64,000 nucleotides of DNA, taken from Phycisphaerae bacterium. Its GTDB lineage: Bacteria > Planctomycetota > Phycisphaerae > UBA1845 > Fen-1342. The notes beneath the pieces are model-generated. The model saw nothing but the letters and a program-made list of their open reading frames with translations, ran no database searches and was not told where the DNA came from. The position numbers were made by a program, and so were the translations under genes. Within the stretch, counting starts at the first letter, position 1, and every line of letters starts with the position of its first letter. The stretch is taken from contig CAXXWX010000004.1 of assembly GCA_963675745.2 (NCBI GenBank), forward strand, positions 32,001 through 96,000, read 5' to 3'. Shown here one piece after another: positions 51,500-62,331 of this stretch.

Positions 51500-51538
51500 A
51501 ACGCGGTGAGACGCGTTAAGCCAAGCGCGAGCACGATG

Positions 51539-51586
51539 AAGGTGTCAGGAAAATCTTCCTGACACCTTTTTCTGACACCTTTTTCT
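51539..51586. terminator. Terminator-like hairpin / palindromic repeat between convergent genes
   Basis: AAGGTGTCAGGAA-AATC-TTCCTGACACCTT plus T-tract, with CTGACACCTTTTT duplicated. Confidence 0.7.
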
Positions 51587-51591
51587 GTGTG

Positions 51592-52356
51592 TTACGGCGC
51601 CTTCGGCCGGATGTCGCCGTGCTCGGCGGCGATGCCTGAGCGTTCGGCGATGAACTCGGCCACGGTCTTCAGCCTCTCGTTCTTGATGGCGTTGTCGCTG
51701 CCCAACATCTCCAGCGCCGGCCCCGACCCGAACGTCACCCGCACGTTCGGCCGCATGAGGACTCCGATCGGCGCCACAAGCCGCTCGTAGACGCCGATGT
51801 GCCTGACGTCCGCGTAATCCTGCTCGCACACGGCGACGAGCCCGGCTTTGAACCTGATGCCGCTGTCGTCAACGATCGTGCCGTTGTTCCAGGCATAGAA
51901 CGACATCAGCATCCCCAGCGTCCCCAGGAACACGACCACGATCAGAAACGCCCGCTGCTCGTCAAACCCGTTCTTCGTGGCTTCGTATCGGTCGTGCAGT
52001 TCGACGTCGCCTTCCATCCACCAGGTGACAAATGCCCGCACGGGCGCGTAGCTGACGATAAACGCAAACACCAGGCCCGCGCCGAACCACGGTACGGCAC
52101 TCCGGTCGCTGTAGAAGGGTTGGCAGTCGCGGCCATGGACGCTCAAGTCCAGCGCATTCAGCAGCCAGGTGAGCAAGACGGTCGAAGCTCCGACGGACAT
52201 GAGCGTGACGCACACGCCATATCTGTCCAGGCGTCTGATCCGCGGCGCAAGCGCCGCCATCTCTTCGTCGGACAGCAGCCGCGACTCGTCAACCGGTGCC
52301 AGCCGCCTCAGCAGCGCCTTCCCGATCGTCTGCTCGAACTGCCCCATTTGGTGCAT
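51592..52356 (-). CDS. Hypothetical membrane protein
   Basis: Three TM segments and a soluble C-terminal domain. Confidence 0.65.
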   Translation of the reverse strand: MHQMGQFEQTIGKALLRRLAPVDESRLLSDEEMAALAPRIRRLDRYGVCVTLMSVGASTVLLTWLLNALDLSVHGRDCQPFYSDRSAVPWFGAGLVFAFIVSYAPVRAFVTWWMEGDVELHDRYEATKNGFDEQRAFLIVVVFLGTLGMLMSFYAWNNGTIVDDSGIRFKAGLVAVCEQDYADVRHIGVYERLVAPIGVLMRPNVRVTFGSGPALEMLGSDNAIKNERLKTVAEFIAERSGIAAEHGDIRPKAP

Positions 52357-52413
52357 CCCGAATCGCGTGAGTTGGAGCCTGTGCTCAGCCTCTCAGTCTA
52401 CCGCGGCGCGGCA

Positions 52414-52524
52414 GGTCTCGCTGCGCTTGACCTACGCTACGGCTGAGCTCCCTTGGTTGAAGAACATGCCGACGCGAACAGACGTCGGCATGGCACCCGA
52501 TGCCGTCGGCATGGCACCCAATGC
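52414..52524. repeat. REP-like cluster: third GTAG-type REP copy plus duplicated CGTCGGCATGGCACCC
   Basis: GGTCTCGCTGCGCTTGACCTACGCTAC (52414-52440) matches 38672-38698; hairpin CATGCCGACG...CGTCGGCATG; CGTCGGCATGGCACCC twice. Confidence 0.7.
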
Positions 52525-52615
52525 ACGGTTGCCCTCGGTCGACGAGTACGTGGGCCGCTACGGTGGGGGGCTGCCATTGCATCCAGCGGTGGAGCGCTGA
52601 TCAGGCATCGCCTGG

Positions 52616-53506
52616 TTACTCGGGGGACTCAGGTCCGGGGCCCAACTCCCGTGGCGTGGTTGGTTGGGTGATCGCCGGGCGGCCGTGTTTGGGCATGTCT
52701 TTGGTGGGCACGATCGTCAGGAACTCGGGACGCAGGATGCCGCCTGACATGATTGTGCGCACCGCGTCTTCAACACTCCAATCCAGTTCGACCAGTTCCG
52801 CGCGCCGGAGGATTTGCAGATAGCCGGTGGTCGGGTTGGGTGTGGTCGGGATGAAAACCGTGGCGAGCTCTTCGCCGGTAACCGAGTCTTTGAAAATAGC
52901 CGTGATGAAGCCGACGCAGCGCATGCGCTCCTGGGGGAAGGGGATCAGGGCCACACGCTGGAAATTCTGCGTCTGATCGCCGCCGAACGACGCCACGATC
53001 TGCTTGATCGCGCGATAGATGGTCTTGACCATTGGCACGCGGTCCACCGCGGAGTCGATGGTCTCGACGATGCGCTTGCCGAGCAAGTTCGCGGTGAACA
53101 GTCCGATGGTGTACAGCACGATGAAGGTGAGCACGACCGAGAACGTCGCGATACCCCACTGCAAGTACCACGGCATGAGGTTCAGAAAGACGTCGCCGCC
53201 GGTCGGCATGCCGAGCCCTTCGCGTGCCTGCGTGATCTCGTCGAGTTTCTCGAGGTCGATGTCCCAGCGCTCGAGCACGGTGCGGCCGCTTGGCGTCAAT
53301 AGGTACCACTCGATGAGGCGTTGCGATGATCCGCGAATGAGCCCGAACACAAGCTGGATCACCCAGATTGTCACGATGACCGGCAGGACCGTAATCAACC
53401 CGGCCGAAATCCGCGTGCGCAGCAGCGCCTTGAGCGTACCCAGCACGGTACGTCGTCGATGAGCCGATTGGCCGGGCTCTTTACTATCCTGCGCCGTCAT
53501 GGGCAT
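52616..53506 (-). CDS. DUF502 family membrane protein
   Basis: AGLITVLPVIVTIWVI, RVPMVKTIYRAIKQI, VFIPTTPNPTTGYL, SVEDAVRTIMSGG. Confidence 0.9.
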   Translation of the reverse strand: MPMTAQDSKEPGQSAHRRRTVLGTLKALLRTRISAGLITVLPVIVTIWVIQLVFGLIRGSSQRLIEWYLLTPSGRTVLERWDIDLEKLDEITQAREGLGMPTGGDVFLNLMPWYLQWGIATFSVVLTFIVLYTIGLFTANLLGKRIVETIDSAVDRVPMVKTIYRAIKQIVASFGGDQTQNFQRVALIPFPQERMRCVGFITAIFKDSVTGEELATVFIPTTPNPTTGYLQILRRAELVELDWSVEDAVRTIMSGGILRPEFLTIVPTKDMPKHGRPAITQPTTPRELGPGPESPE

Positions 53507-53728
53507 CGCCCTTTGTGTTGGTTCAGTGCAACCACCGACCGACACGATATCGCGTCGGCGCAAGCGGGCAAGTGTTTCGTCCAATCGCCGCGCGGAGCCG
53601 GCCTCGACAAGGCACCGCTCGACCGGCTACGCTGTCCGGGTCCCAGCCGACGGTGGTGCGGCCATACCGGACATCTCCTATGGCCGCGGAGCCGGCGAGT
53701 CAACATCTCACTGCTGGAGTATACGGTC

Positions 53729-55174
53729 ATGATCAGAACCAAGATTATCGCGACCCTCGGGCCGGCCTCGGCCAACCGCGAACGCCTGTGCGAGATGCTG
53801 GACGTGGGGCTGGACATATGCCGGCTGAACTTCAGCCACGGCACTCACGCGAGCCATGCCGCCACGCTCGAGTTGGTGCGCACGGTTGCCACCGAACGCA
53901 ACAAGCCAGTCTGCGTGATAGGCGATCTGTGCGGGCCGAAGATTCGGCTGGGGTCGTTTGCCGATGGGGCGGTCATGATCGAAGCCGGCCAGACCGTGCG
54001 TTTCGTGCGCGGCGACGCCGCATGTACCGCCGAACGGCTCACCGTGTCGTGGCCCAGTCTGATCGACGAACTTGCCGAAGGCCAGCGGGTTTACATCGAC
54101 GACGGGCTGGTGCGCCTGCTGGTGACCGGGAGCGCGGCTGATGAAGTTGTGTGTACGTGTACTACCGGCGGCGCGCTGTCCAGTCACAAGGGGGTCAACC
54201 TCCCCGACACGACGCTCTCGACGCCGGCGCTGACCGAGAAAGACCGCATCGACCTGGCGTGGGCGATCGATCACGAGCTCGACTACGTGGCCCTGTCATT
54301 CGTGCGCCATCCGGAGGACCTCTACGAGCTCAAGCGACTGATCAAGGCGCGCGGCAGCGACATCAAGGTTGTCATCAAGATCGAGAAAACGCAGGCGCTC
54401 GATCACCTCGACGAGCTTATCGCGAACACCGATGCCGTCCTCGTGGCGCGCGGCGATCTCGGCGTGGAAACAGATATCTGGCGTGTGCCGCTCATTCAGA
54501 AAGACCTGATATCGCGCTGCCGGGATGCCGGCGTGCCGGTGATCGTGGCCACGCAGATGCTCCAGAGCATGGTCGATAGCCCAATACCGACGCGGGCCGA
54601 GGTAAGCGACGTTGCCAACGCGATATTCGACCGAGCGGATGCCGTCATGCTCTCGGCGGAATCCGCCGTCGGCAAATACCCCGGCCTGGCGGTCGATATG
54701 ATGAATCGCATCGCCGATACGACCGAATCATACCTCGCCACGCTGCCGCCGGTGGACCGACCGTGCGGCGTTGGCGGATTTACGCGGCCGACTCTGGCGG
54801 TGGCGCATGCGGCGGTGCGTGCCGCGCTTGACTTGAACGTGCGTCTGGTCGCGGTCTGGACTGCGACGGGCGCCACCGTGCGCCAGATCGCACAGCACCG
54901 ACTGCCGATGCCGGTGGTTGGCTTGGCGTATGACGAACACGTGTTGCGGCAGATGAACCTGCTGTATGGCGTGATTCCGGTGCGGGTCGAACCGGTTGAC
55001 CATCCACGCCAGATGGCGGCGGCGCTGGAGGCGCGCCTGCTGGACGAGAGCGACGGCAAGGTCAGCCGATTGGCGGCCGAAGGTGACCTGGTCATCGTTG
55101 TGACATCGACTCGCACGCACGCTCCCGGCGGAACCGATACCGTGCTTGTGCATCGTGTCGGCGCCGGTACGTGA
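53729..55174 (+). CDS. pyk: Pyruvate kinase
   Basis: RTKIIATLGPAS, RLNFSHG, KGVNLP, KIE, VARGDLGVE, ATQMLQSM, PTRAEVSDVANA. Confidence 0.97.
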   Translation: MIRTKIIATLGPASANRERLCEMLDVGLDICRLNFSHGTHASHAATLELVRTVATERNKPVCVIGDLCGPKIRLGSFADGAVMIEAGQTVRFVRGDAACTAERLTVSWPSLIDELAEGQRVYIDDGLVRLLVTGSAADEVVCTCTTGGALSSHKGVNLPDTTLSTPALTEKDRIDLAWAIDHELDYVALSFVRHPEDLYELKRLIKARGSDIKVVIKIEKTQALDHLDELIANTDAVLVARGDLGVETDIWRVPLIQKDLISRCRDAGVPVIVATQMLQSMVDSPIPTRAEVSDVANAIFDRADAVMLSAESAVGKYPGLAVDMMNRIADTTESYLATLPPVDRPCGVGGFTRPTLAVAHAAVRAALDLNVRLVAVWTATGATVRQIAQHRLPMPVVGLAYDEHVLRQMNLLYGVIPVRVEPVDHPRQMAAALEARLLDESDGKVSRLAAEGDLVIVVTSTRTHAPGGTDTVLVHRVGAGT

Positions 55175-55345
55175 TATGCCGCGGGCTTAAGCGCACTTGA
55201 ACGCGCGCAGCAGGCCGACTAGACTGCCACGCGTCTGTCATAGTCAAGATGTATGCCTTCAGGCGTGCGCGGGCAGACGAATAATGTGTTGATGAACCTG
55301 GGCACGCCGTGCCCATCTGGTCTTCGTTGTGGAAGGGAGATTCCC

Positions 55346-55585
55346 GTGCGGTTGATGAAGCAATACCTGCGGCTTAAAAAGTCCGCCATTCTCGCGGTGA
55401 TGGGTGTGGCTTTTGCCTTTCCGTTCGGCAGTTGCAACTTCGATGAGTTCACGGTGACCACGGCCGTTGATCCCGCCGGCCTGTTGGCATCTGTGTTCCG
55501 CACGGCGATTCTGACGCCGATCGACGAATTCGTGACGAACGGGATCAACAATCTCTTCGACGAACTCAAGGGCGAAGGCGATTAG
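55346..55585 (+). CDS. Small secreted or lipoprotein-like hypothetical protein
   Basis: RBS GGGAG; basic N-terminus, hydrophobic stretch, FGSC. Confidence 0.6.
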   Translation: MRLMKQYLRLKKSAILAVMGVAFAFPFGSCNFDEFTVTTAVDPAGLLASVFRTAILTPIDEFVTNGINNLFDELKGEGD

Positions 55586-55683
55586 GCCACGCACCGATCA
55601 TGGCGCGGCCGGTGCCGTTGGCGCGGTACAGTCGCCGGTGCGACCAGCGCTGGGCATTCCTGCCCCCGAGTGGAGAATTACGC

Positions 55684-56760
55684 GTGAAAACTAGGCGATT
55701 GCTGCTTGCGGTTGTGTTGGTCGGTGTGGTTGCCGCGTGCGGCTGGGCGGATGTTGTGACTTTGTCTGACGGGAGCCGCCTGGTTGGTGTGTTCGGGCGC
55801 CTCGATGGCGACAAGCTTATCATCGAGACACTGTTCGCCGGCACACTCGAGATCGATGCCACGCATGTCGTGAGAATCGAGACCGAGGGCCCGAAATTTG
55901 TGGAGATGTCCAGTGGTGATCGGCTTGTCGGGCGCATCGAATGGCAACCGGCCGCGGACACGGCGGTTGTTCAGACCGAAATGGGTGGCGTCCCCATCAA
56001 GGTGGACAACGTCGTAGCTGTCTGGGGGCCCGACGACAAGAGTCCGGAGCAGATGCGCCACGAAGCCGAGATGGAAGCCAAGCGCCCCCGGTGGGCGTTC
56101 GAGGCGGAGATCGGCGCCACCAAGAAGACCGGCAACACCGAGACCATGGACTTTCACGGCCGGCTCGAACTTCGCCGCAAGACCGACAAGGATCTGCTGA
56201 AGTTCTTCGTAACCGGGGTCTACGGAGAAGAGGATGACCTGCGCAACACGGCCGAAGTCATCGGTGGCGCGGAGTACGAATATCTCTTCACGGACCGGGC
56301 GTTCGCCTACGCCCGCAACACGTACGAATACGACGAGTTTGAGAATATTCAGTTGCGCGTCGTCCTGGCCGCCGGCGGCGGGTATTACTTCATCAAAGAG
56401 GAAGATCACGAACTGAAGGTCCGTGGCGGCGGCGGTCTGCGACACGAGAGCTATCTGGAAGACGCCAACGGCAATACGGCGCCCAGCCAGACCGATCCCA
56501 TCGCCGACCTCGGGCTTAACTACCGCCTGGACATCAAACCCTGGCTGCGCTTTACACACTCGACCGGGTATACCCCGTCACTCGAGGAGTTCGGCGACTA
56601 CCGGCTGGAGTTTGACACGGCGTTTGTCGTGCCCCTCGGAGCGGACGACAGGTGGAAGTGGAAGCTGGGCGTGCGCAACGACTATGACTCGCGGCCGGCG
56701 CCGGGCATCGAGCGCCTCGATACGCTGTACTACACGAACGTCCAGGTGACGCTGGAATAA
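55684..56760 (+). CDS. DUF481-like outer-membrane beta-barrel protein with N-terminal small beta domains
   Basis: Signal peptide; DVVTLSDGSRLVG / MSSGDRLVGRI; GNTET, YEYDEFENIQLR, GGGYYF, alternating beta strands. Confidence 0.8.
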   Translation: MKTRRLLLAVVLVGVVAACGWADVVTLSDGSRLVGVFGRLDGDKLIIETLFAGTLEIDATHVVRIETEGPKFVEMSSGDRLVGRIEWQPAADTAVVQTEMGGVPIKVDNVVAVWGPDDKSPEQMRHEAEMEAKRPRWAFEAEIGATKKTGNTETMDFHGRLELRRKTDKDLLKFFVTGVYGEEDDLRNTAEVIGGAEYEYLFTDRAFAYARNTYEYDEFENIQLRVVLAAGGGYYFIKEEDHELKVRGGGGLRHESYLEDANGNTAPSQTDPIADLGLNYRLDIKPWLRFTHSTGYTPSLEEFGDYRLEFDTAFVVPLGADDRWKWKLGVRNDYDSRPAPGIERLDTLYYTNVQVTLE

Positions 56761-56824
56761 CGCCGCTTATGAGAAGCTGGGGGAGGTTGTCCGCTACCGG
56801 CGTGGGATCAGCCAGGGGCCATCA

Positions 56825-58540
56825 TCATTGAGCACGATCTGATGACCGGGGACGGCGCCTGCCGGCCCGGAGCGTTTGTCGCACGGCTGACGCCATGCGC
56901 AAACCAACCTGCTCTTCCTCGTCGACGACCACCTGCGCGCCGGCGACAGTCAACTCCCAACGGTACACGTGATAGCGCGCCCGCGCGATGATGGGTGTCT
57001 GTGGCGAGCTCGCGTGAACCTGCTCTATAACGTGGCGTGCCGCCGTAGGGTCGGGCAGTGTCACGGCGACGGCGCGAGCGGCGTCGATGTGGAGGTGTTC
57101 CAGAGTCTCTGTGCGAGTCGCGTCGCCTTGATACGTCCGCAAGCCATAAGCGCGCGCGACAGCGCTGGACTTGGCGCTCAACTCGACCACGACCAACAGT
57201 GATTTGTGTCGTCCCATCAGCGCCTCGGCGATGCGGCGGCCGGCGGGACCGAAGCCCACGATCAAGATATGGCCGCGCAGCGCGGCCGCTGCCCCGGGGG
57301 CGCTTTTCTCACAGCGCCCCTGTGCCTCCAGCGCGCGCGGCAGGTATCGTCCCACAATGCCCGCGAGTTGCGGCGCCAGCGCGACCATATAGGGAGTCAG
57401 AAAGAGCGTGCCGATTGTCGCAGCCACGATCAACTCGAACAGATCACCATCGACCACTTGACCTTCCCGGGCGACTTCGGCGAGCACGAATGAGAACTCG
57501 CCCGCTTGCGCCAAGCAGACACCTGTGGCGATGGAGTGCCCGGGCGACGAGCGAAACATGCTCACAACACCGGCGATGACCAACGTTTTGCCGAAGACGA
57601 TCATCACGACCACACCGACGACCAACACCCAGTGATCCATGATCCAGGCAGGGTTGGCCAGCATTCCGATTGAACTGAAGAACAGCGTGACGAACAGCGT
57701 CTTGACGGAAGCTATGTCGGCGCGAATCTGGGTGGCGAATGGTGATTCGGCCAGCAGCAGACCCGCTATGAATGCACCCAACGCCGGCGAGAGCCCCAGT
57801 TTGTGAGATGCCCATGCCGCCCCGACCGCGGTAACGATTGCGAGCAGGATCGGCAGATCGCGATTCCGCGCGGCTTGTTCAGAGCTCAGCAGCAGCGGCA
57901 CGACGTAATTCAGCAACAGAAACAGTGCAGCCACCATCAGCGCCGTAACGCCGGCCGCGCGGCCCAGCTCCCACCCAATCTGGCCCGCCGAACTGGGGCC
58001 GTCACCACCCAGGGCCGTTACGACAAACACGAGCGGCACGACGGCAATATCCTGGAGCAACAGAATGCCGAGCGTATTACGGCCATGAATGCTGTCAATT
58101 TCCGCGCGGCTGATGAGCAATCGCAATACACAGGCGGTACTGCTCAGCGCAACCATCGCCCCGATCGCCAATGCCGGCCGATTGCCGAGTCCGAGCGCCA
58201 GACAGACCGCCGCGGTCAGGCCGCCGGTCAGCAGCACCTGGAGAGTTCCGCCCCCCACGGCGATCGGCCCGATGCCGCTCAGCCGGCGCCAGGAGAATTC
58301 AAGTCCGATCGCAAACAGCAGCAACGCCACCCCCAGTTCGGCGATTGCGGTCACCGCCTGGTGATTCGGCATCAAATCCAACGCGTTGGGGCCCAGCAGC
58401 GTGCCGGCGAGCAGATAGCCGAGAATGGCACTCTGTCGCAGCCGTTCGCACAGCGCGCCGAGCAACATTGCCGTCAGCAGCAGGATCAAAACATCCAGCA
58501 GCGCCGTCCACACATCCACGGGTTTCTCCGCCAGCGCCAA
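56825..58540 (-). CDS. CPA2 cation:proton antiporter (Kef-type) with TrkA-N domain
   Basis: GYLLAGTLLGP, AELGVALLLFAIGLEFS, LSST, LLLQDIAVVP, LGAFIAG, QAGEFSFV, VGFGPAG. Confidence 0.92.
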   Translation of the reverse strand: MALAEKPVDVWTALLDVLILLLTAMLLGALCERLRQSAILGYLLAGTLLGPNALDLMPNHQAVTAIAELGVALLLFAIGLEFSWRRLSGIGPIAVGGGTLQVLLTGGLTAAVCLALGLGNRPALAIGAMVALSSTACVLRLLISRAEIDSIHGRNTLGILLLQDIAVVPLVFVVTALGGDGPSSAGQIGWELGRAAGVTALMVAALFLLLNYVVPLLLSSEQAARNRDLPILLAIVTAVGAAWASHKLGLSPALGAFIAGLLLAESPFATQIRADIASVKTLFVTLFFSSIGMLANPAWIMDHWVLVVGVVVMIVFGKTLVIAGVVSMFRSSPGHSIATGVCLAQAGEFSFVLAEVAREGQVVDGDLFELIVAATIGTLFLTPYMVALAPQLAGIVGRYLPRALEAQGRCEKSAPGAAAALRGHILIVGFGPAGRRIAEALMGRHKSLLVVVELSAKSSAVARAYGLRTYQGDATRTETLEHLHIDAARAVAVTLPDPTAARHVIEQVHASSPQTPIIARARYHVYRWELTVAGAQVVVDEEEQVGLRMASAVRQTLRAGRRRPRSSDRAQ

Positions 58541-58599
58541 CCCCAGGGTACGGTATCAGCACGCGGCGTGATTGGCACGCAGCGCCGCTCGTGTCGTCG

Positions 58600-58899
58600 C
58601 TAATAGCTGATCTCGAATCGTTCCTCGGCGGCGCGGGGTGCCAGATCGCAGCCGGCGACCTGCTGGATGTGTGCGTTGAAGTGCTTCGCGACTAAGGCCA
58701 GAAAGGCCGTCACGGCGTCTCGCTCGCCTTCCGCCTCGAGCTCTACCGTCCCGTCCGGCAGATTCCGCACAAACCCGACAATGGGATGATCCTGCGCCAG
58801 CGCCCGCGTCGTGTAGCGAAAACCGACACCCTGCACACGACCGGTGTAGATCATCCGGCGGCGTACGATTTCTGGTTGTTCGGTGCTACCCGCGCTCAT
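58600..58899 (-). CDS. acyP: Acylphosphatase
   Basis: [22 protein letters not shown]. Confidence 0.93.
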   Translation of the reverse strand: MSAGSTEQPEIVRRRMIYTGRVQGVGFRYTTRALAQDHPIVGFVRNLPDGTVELEAEGERDAVTAFLALVAKHFNAHIQQVAGCDLAPRAAEERFEISY

Positions 58900-58954
58900 G
58901 TGAGCTCCCGTATCACACAACGGCATCCGCCGGACGTGCCGGCCGGGGCGGCGG

Positions 58955-60616
58955 TTAATCCTCGATCGCGGCGATGTGTTCGAGCAGACGTTGCATCCGT
59001 GCCAGTGTGCGCGCCTGGCCCAGCAGCTCCAGACTCTCGAAGATCGACGGACTCACGGTTGTCCCGGTTACAGCGATTCGCAACGGCTGGGCGACTTTGC
59101 CCAGACCTAGGTCGTGCTGGTCCGCATAGGCGCGGATCACGGATTCCAACTCTGCGGCACTCCACACGCCGACGCGCTCCAATTCGCCGCGCAGCGCCTC
59201 CAGTATGCGCACGCCGGCGCGCTCTCCTTTGAGCAGCCATTTCCTGACCGCCGGCGCGTCATACTCGATTTCCTGGTCAGCGCGGAAGAGCGCGCCGGCT
59301 TTGAACTCGGCATCGCTGAAGGTGCGCAGCCCGGCGCAGAGTTCGAGCACGCGCGCAAGCTGCTGATCGCCGAGCGCGGCGAAGGGTGAACCCGCGTTGA
59401 CGTCGGCGTAGTCGCGAAACGCCGCCAGCAAGTGTTCGGCATCGGCCGCGGCCAGCGCCGACGTGTTGAAGCTGAGCAGCTTCTCGCGATCGAACTTCGC
59501 ATTGGTTTTGCCGATTCGCTCGACGGTGAACGCTTCGCACAATTGGTCAAGCGTGAATGTCTCGCGATCATCTCCGGGCGACCAGCCCAGCAGAGCGATG
59601 AAGTTCAGAATCACCTCGGGGAGATAGCCGCTGACGCGGAAATCGTGGATCTCGATCTCCGGCAGTGTGACGCCGAGGTCGGCGGCCAGGGCCGCCAGGC
59701 CATCCTTGTCGAGCTGTGTTTTCTTCTTGCGCCAGGCCCGGAGCGCGTCGTCGTCCGCACACCCTGACAGCTCCAGCAAGCGCCCTTCATCCAGCGTTCC
59801 ATTTTTCAAGGCGACGTTGACGGCGTCGCGCACGGCCTTGTCTTTTTCCCGCTTGCTCATCTTCGCGCCTTGCATCGTCAGGATGATCGGCAGGTGGGCA
59901 TAAGCCGGGGTCGGATACTGGAGGGCTTCCTGCAGTGCCATGTGGTTGGCTGTGTTGAGCAGATGCTCCTGGCCGCGAAGTACGTGCGTAATCCGCATGG
60001 CCGCATCGTCGAGCACGACGGCGAAATGATAGGTCGGCCAGCCGTCGGCTTTCACGATCACGAAGTCGCTTAATTCCGCCGCGTGTACCTCCACGTCGCC
60101 AAGTATCTGATCGTGGATGATCCAGTCGCGATCGGGCATTTTGAACCGTACGGCCACTGGGCGGCCGTCGGCGCGCGCCTGTCGCGCCTCTGATTCCGAG
60201 GGAAACCGTTGCGGCCTGGGATAGCGAAAGCCGCGCGCGCCGTCCTTCTGGGCCGCCTGCCGCATGGCGTCAAGCTCTTCGCGCGTCTCCATGGCGTAGT
60301 ATGCCCGGCCGCTATCCAGCAGCGTGCGCGCCTGCTGGTCATACGATTCGCGGCGCTCGCTCTGGCGGTATGGTCCGAAGTCTCCGCCGACCTCCGGGCC
60401 TTCGTCCCACTGCAACCCGAGCCAGCGCAAGTCGTCGAGCAGCTTCTGATCGGCCGCGTCGATGTTGCGTGTCTGGTCGGTGTCCTCGATCCGCAGGACG
60501 AATTTGCCGCCGGCTCGTTTCGCCAGCAGGTAGTTGAACAGCGCCGTGCGGGCTCCGCCGATGTGCAGGTAGCCGGTTGGCGATGGTGCAAAGCGTGTTC
60601 GGACGATATCGCTCAT
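58955..60616 (-). CDS. gltX: Glutamate--tRNA ligase with insertion after KMSKR
   Basis: [53 protein letters not shown]. Confidence 0.95.
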   Translation of the reverse strand: MSDIVRTRFAPSPTGYLHIGGARTALFNYLLAKRAGGKFVLRIEDTDQTRNIDAADQKLLDDLRWLGLQWDEGPEVGGDFGPYRQSERRESYDQQARTLLDSGRAYYAMETREELDAMRQAAQKDGARGFRYPRPQRFPSESEARQARADGRPVAVRFKMPDRDWIIHDQILGDVEVHAAELSDFVIVKADGWPTYHFAVVLDDAAMRITHVLRGQEHLLNTANHMALQEALQYPTPAYAHLPIILTMQGAKMSKREKDKAVRDAVNVALKNGTLDEGRLLELSGCADDDALRAWRKKKTQLDKDGLAALAADLGVTLPEIEIHDFRVSGYLPEVILNFIALLGWSPGDDRETFTLDQLCEAFTVERIGKTNAKFDREKLLSFNTSALAAADAEHLLAAFRDYADVNAGSPFAALGDQQLARVLELCAGLRTFSDAEFKAGALFRADQEIEYDAPAVRKWLLKGERAGVRILEALRGELERVGVWSAAELESVIRAYADQHDLGLGKVAQPLRIAVTGTTVSPSIFESLELLGQARTLARMQRLLEHIAAIED

Positions 60617-60623
60617 GCTCTCC

Positions 60624-61385
60624 TCAGTCCGCGCGCGGCGTGATCACCAGGCGCACCGGCGTACCTCTGGCGGGCAACGTGTCCGGGTTGACCTCCAGCC
60701 CCACGGTCTCACCGCGATACGGGTTGCCCACGTCTTCCATCAGGTTAAACATCGCCGATGGATCGTACCAGAGCGCTACCATCGAGCGCTCGATGTCCGC
60801 CATGTACTCCTCGGTCTGCGCATCAGACCCGCTGTAGAAGTACGAACCGGTAAACCCCCAGGTCAGCCGTTCCGGCGCGCCGCCGCTGCGACGATCGACC
60901 AGCAGGTGCTCGATTGGATAGCGCTCCCACGACTCGTCCGGCTGGCGCACATCCAGGTCGAGCATAACGGGGGTCGGCTCGTCGGTGCCCGCCCAGTGTC
61001 CGGCGGGCGGTTCGGGCAGGCGCGGCGCTCCTTCCGGCCGTTGATCGCCGCTCGCCGCGCTGTCGGTGCGGTAGTCCCCGCGCAAAGGCGGTGCCAGCGG
61101 GCCGGCCTGGTATCCGGCCATCAGCAGGGCGGCGTGAAGCTGTGACGGCCGGCAGTTCAGCATGAGAATGCTCTCGTAGTCCTTGCCGCCTTCAGTGACG
61201 GCGATGTATTCGAGAATTCCCCGCTCAATGCACACCGTACCGTCAATACACACGACTTTGTCACGGTCATTGAGCGTGACGCCGGGAAAGAGCTCGCGCG
61301 GGGCGCTCGTTGCCGCGCAGCCACCGAGTCCGACAACAACGGCGGTCAGGAATAGCGCTGGCAGATTGGCTCGCTTTGCATACAT
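60624..61385 (-). CDS. YdjY-like lipoprotein
   Basis: Lipobox LGGC; LEYIAV...KDYES, PSQLHAALL, WGFTGS, LPARGTPVRLVI. Confidence 0.65.
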   Translation of the reverse strand: MYAKRANLPALFLTAVVVGLGGCAATSAPRELFPGVTLNDRDKVVCIDGTVCIERGILEYIAVTEGGKDYESILMLNCRPSQLHAALLMAGYQAGPLAPPLRGDYRTDSAASGDQRPEGAPRLPEPPAGHWAGTDEPTPVMLDLDVRQPDESWERYPIEHLLVDRRSGGAPERLTWGFTGSYFYSGSDAQTEEYMADIERSMVALWYDPSAMFNLMEDVGNPYRGETVGLEVNPDTLPARGTPVRLVITPRAD

Positions 61386-61425
61386 GGTTTTTCTCGCGTA
61401 GTTGCAGTGGTTGCCGCGCGGCCGA

Positions 61426-61623
61426 TCACCGGTCCCTCCCGGCTGGCGGCGCGGTATCGGGTTCATTTTCGTCGGTTCGCTCGCATTCGAGGCTGTATTC
61501 GCCGCTGAACCAGCGTCCCAGATCCACCCAGCGGCAGCGCTCGCTGCAAAACGGGTACAGCTCGGGCAGGCCTTGCTCGAATGCAACTTCGCGCTGGCAG
61601 ATTGCGCAGCGGTAGGTCGGCAT
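61426..61623 (-). CDS. yacG: DNA gyrase inhibitor YacG
   Basis: CAIC...YPFCSERCRWVDLGRWFSGEY. Confidence 0.9.
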   Translation of the reverse strand: MPTYRCAICQREVAFEQGLPELYPFCSERCRWVDLGRWFSGEYSLECERTDENEPDTAPPAGRDR

Positions 61624-61805
61624 ATCATGCACTCTGATGACAACACCACAACAACGCCCGGCCGTCCACGCGTCGTGCGTCGCGGAAGCCACGGCCCGGA
61701 TTGTACCGCATTCAGCCCGCAGGGCACGCCGGGAGCCGCTACCGTTGTGAGGGCGTGGTGAGTCCGGTACACTTGGCGTGCTTCGCAGGTGACAGGAGAC
61801 GCCCA

Positions 61806-62192
61806 ATGGCAGACGAAGAAAAGAAGATCATCGTCGATGACGATTGGAAGGCCGAAGCCCAGAAGGAAAAGGAACGGCTGGCCAAGGAGGAGGAGCAGGC
61901 TCCGACGGGCCCGCTACCCGATCCGAACTTCGCCGAGCTTGTCAACATGATCGCCATGCAGGCGATGGCCGGCTTCGGCATGCTGGCGGGCCCCGGTGGG
62001 CAGCGCATCCCGCCCAATTACGAGATCGCCAAGCACTACATCGACATGCTCCAGGTAATCGAGGACAAGACCAAGGGCAACCTGACCGACGAAGAGAAGA
62101 AACTGCTCGATCAGGTGATGTACGAGTTGCGCATGCAGTTCGTGCAGGTGTCGGGCGGTGGCGGGGGGGCGCCCCCTGCTGCGGGTCCCTAG
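61806..62192 (+). CDS. DUF1844 family protein
   Basis: IIVDDDWKAEAQKEKE, AKHYIDMLQVIEDKTKGNLTDEE...ELRMQFV. Confidence 0.88.
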   Translation: MADEEKKIIVDDDWKAEAQKEKERLAKEEEQAPTGPLPDPNFAELVNMIAMQAMAGFGMLAGPGGQRIPPNYEIAKHYIDMLQVIEDKTKGNLTDEEKKLLDQVMYELRMQFVQVSGGGGGAPPAAGP

Positions 62193-62331
62193 TCGACGAG
62201 CGCCTTACCAGCCGGGCGCGCGCCGTGCCGCCTTGACGAACCACGTAGAATTGATTCGGCGCGATACGGGCCCGCCGGCGGCGTGACGATAGGTGTTTGC
62301 TGCGCCCGACGAATGATGTGACGCCTTAGCG

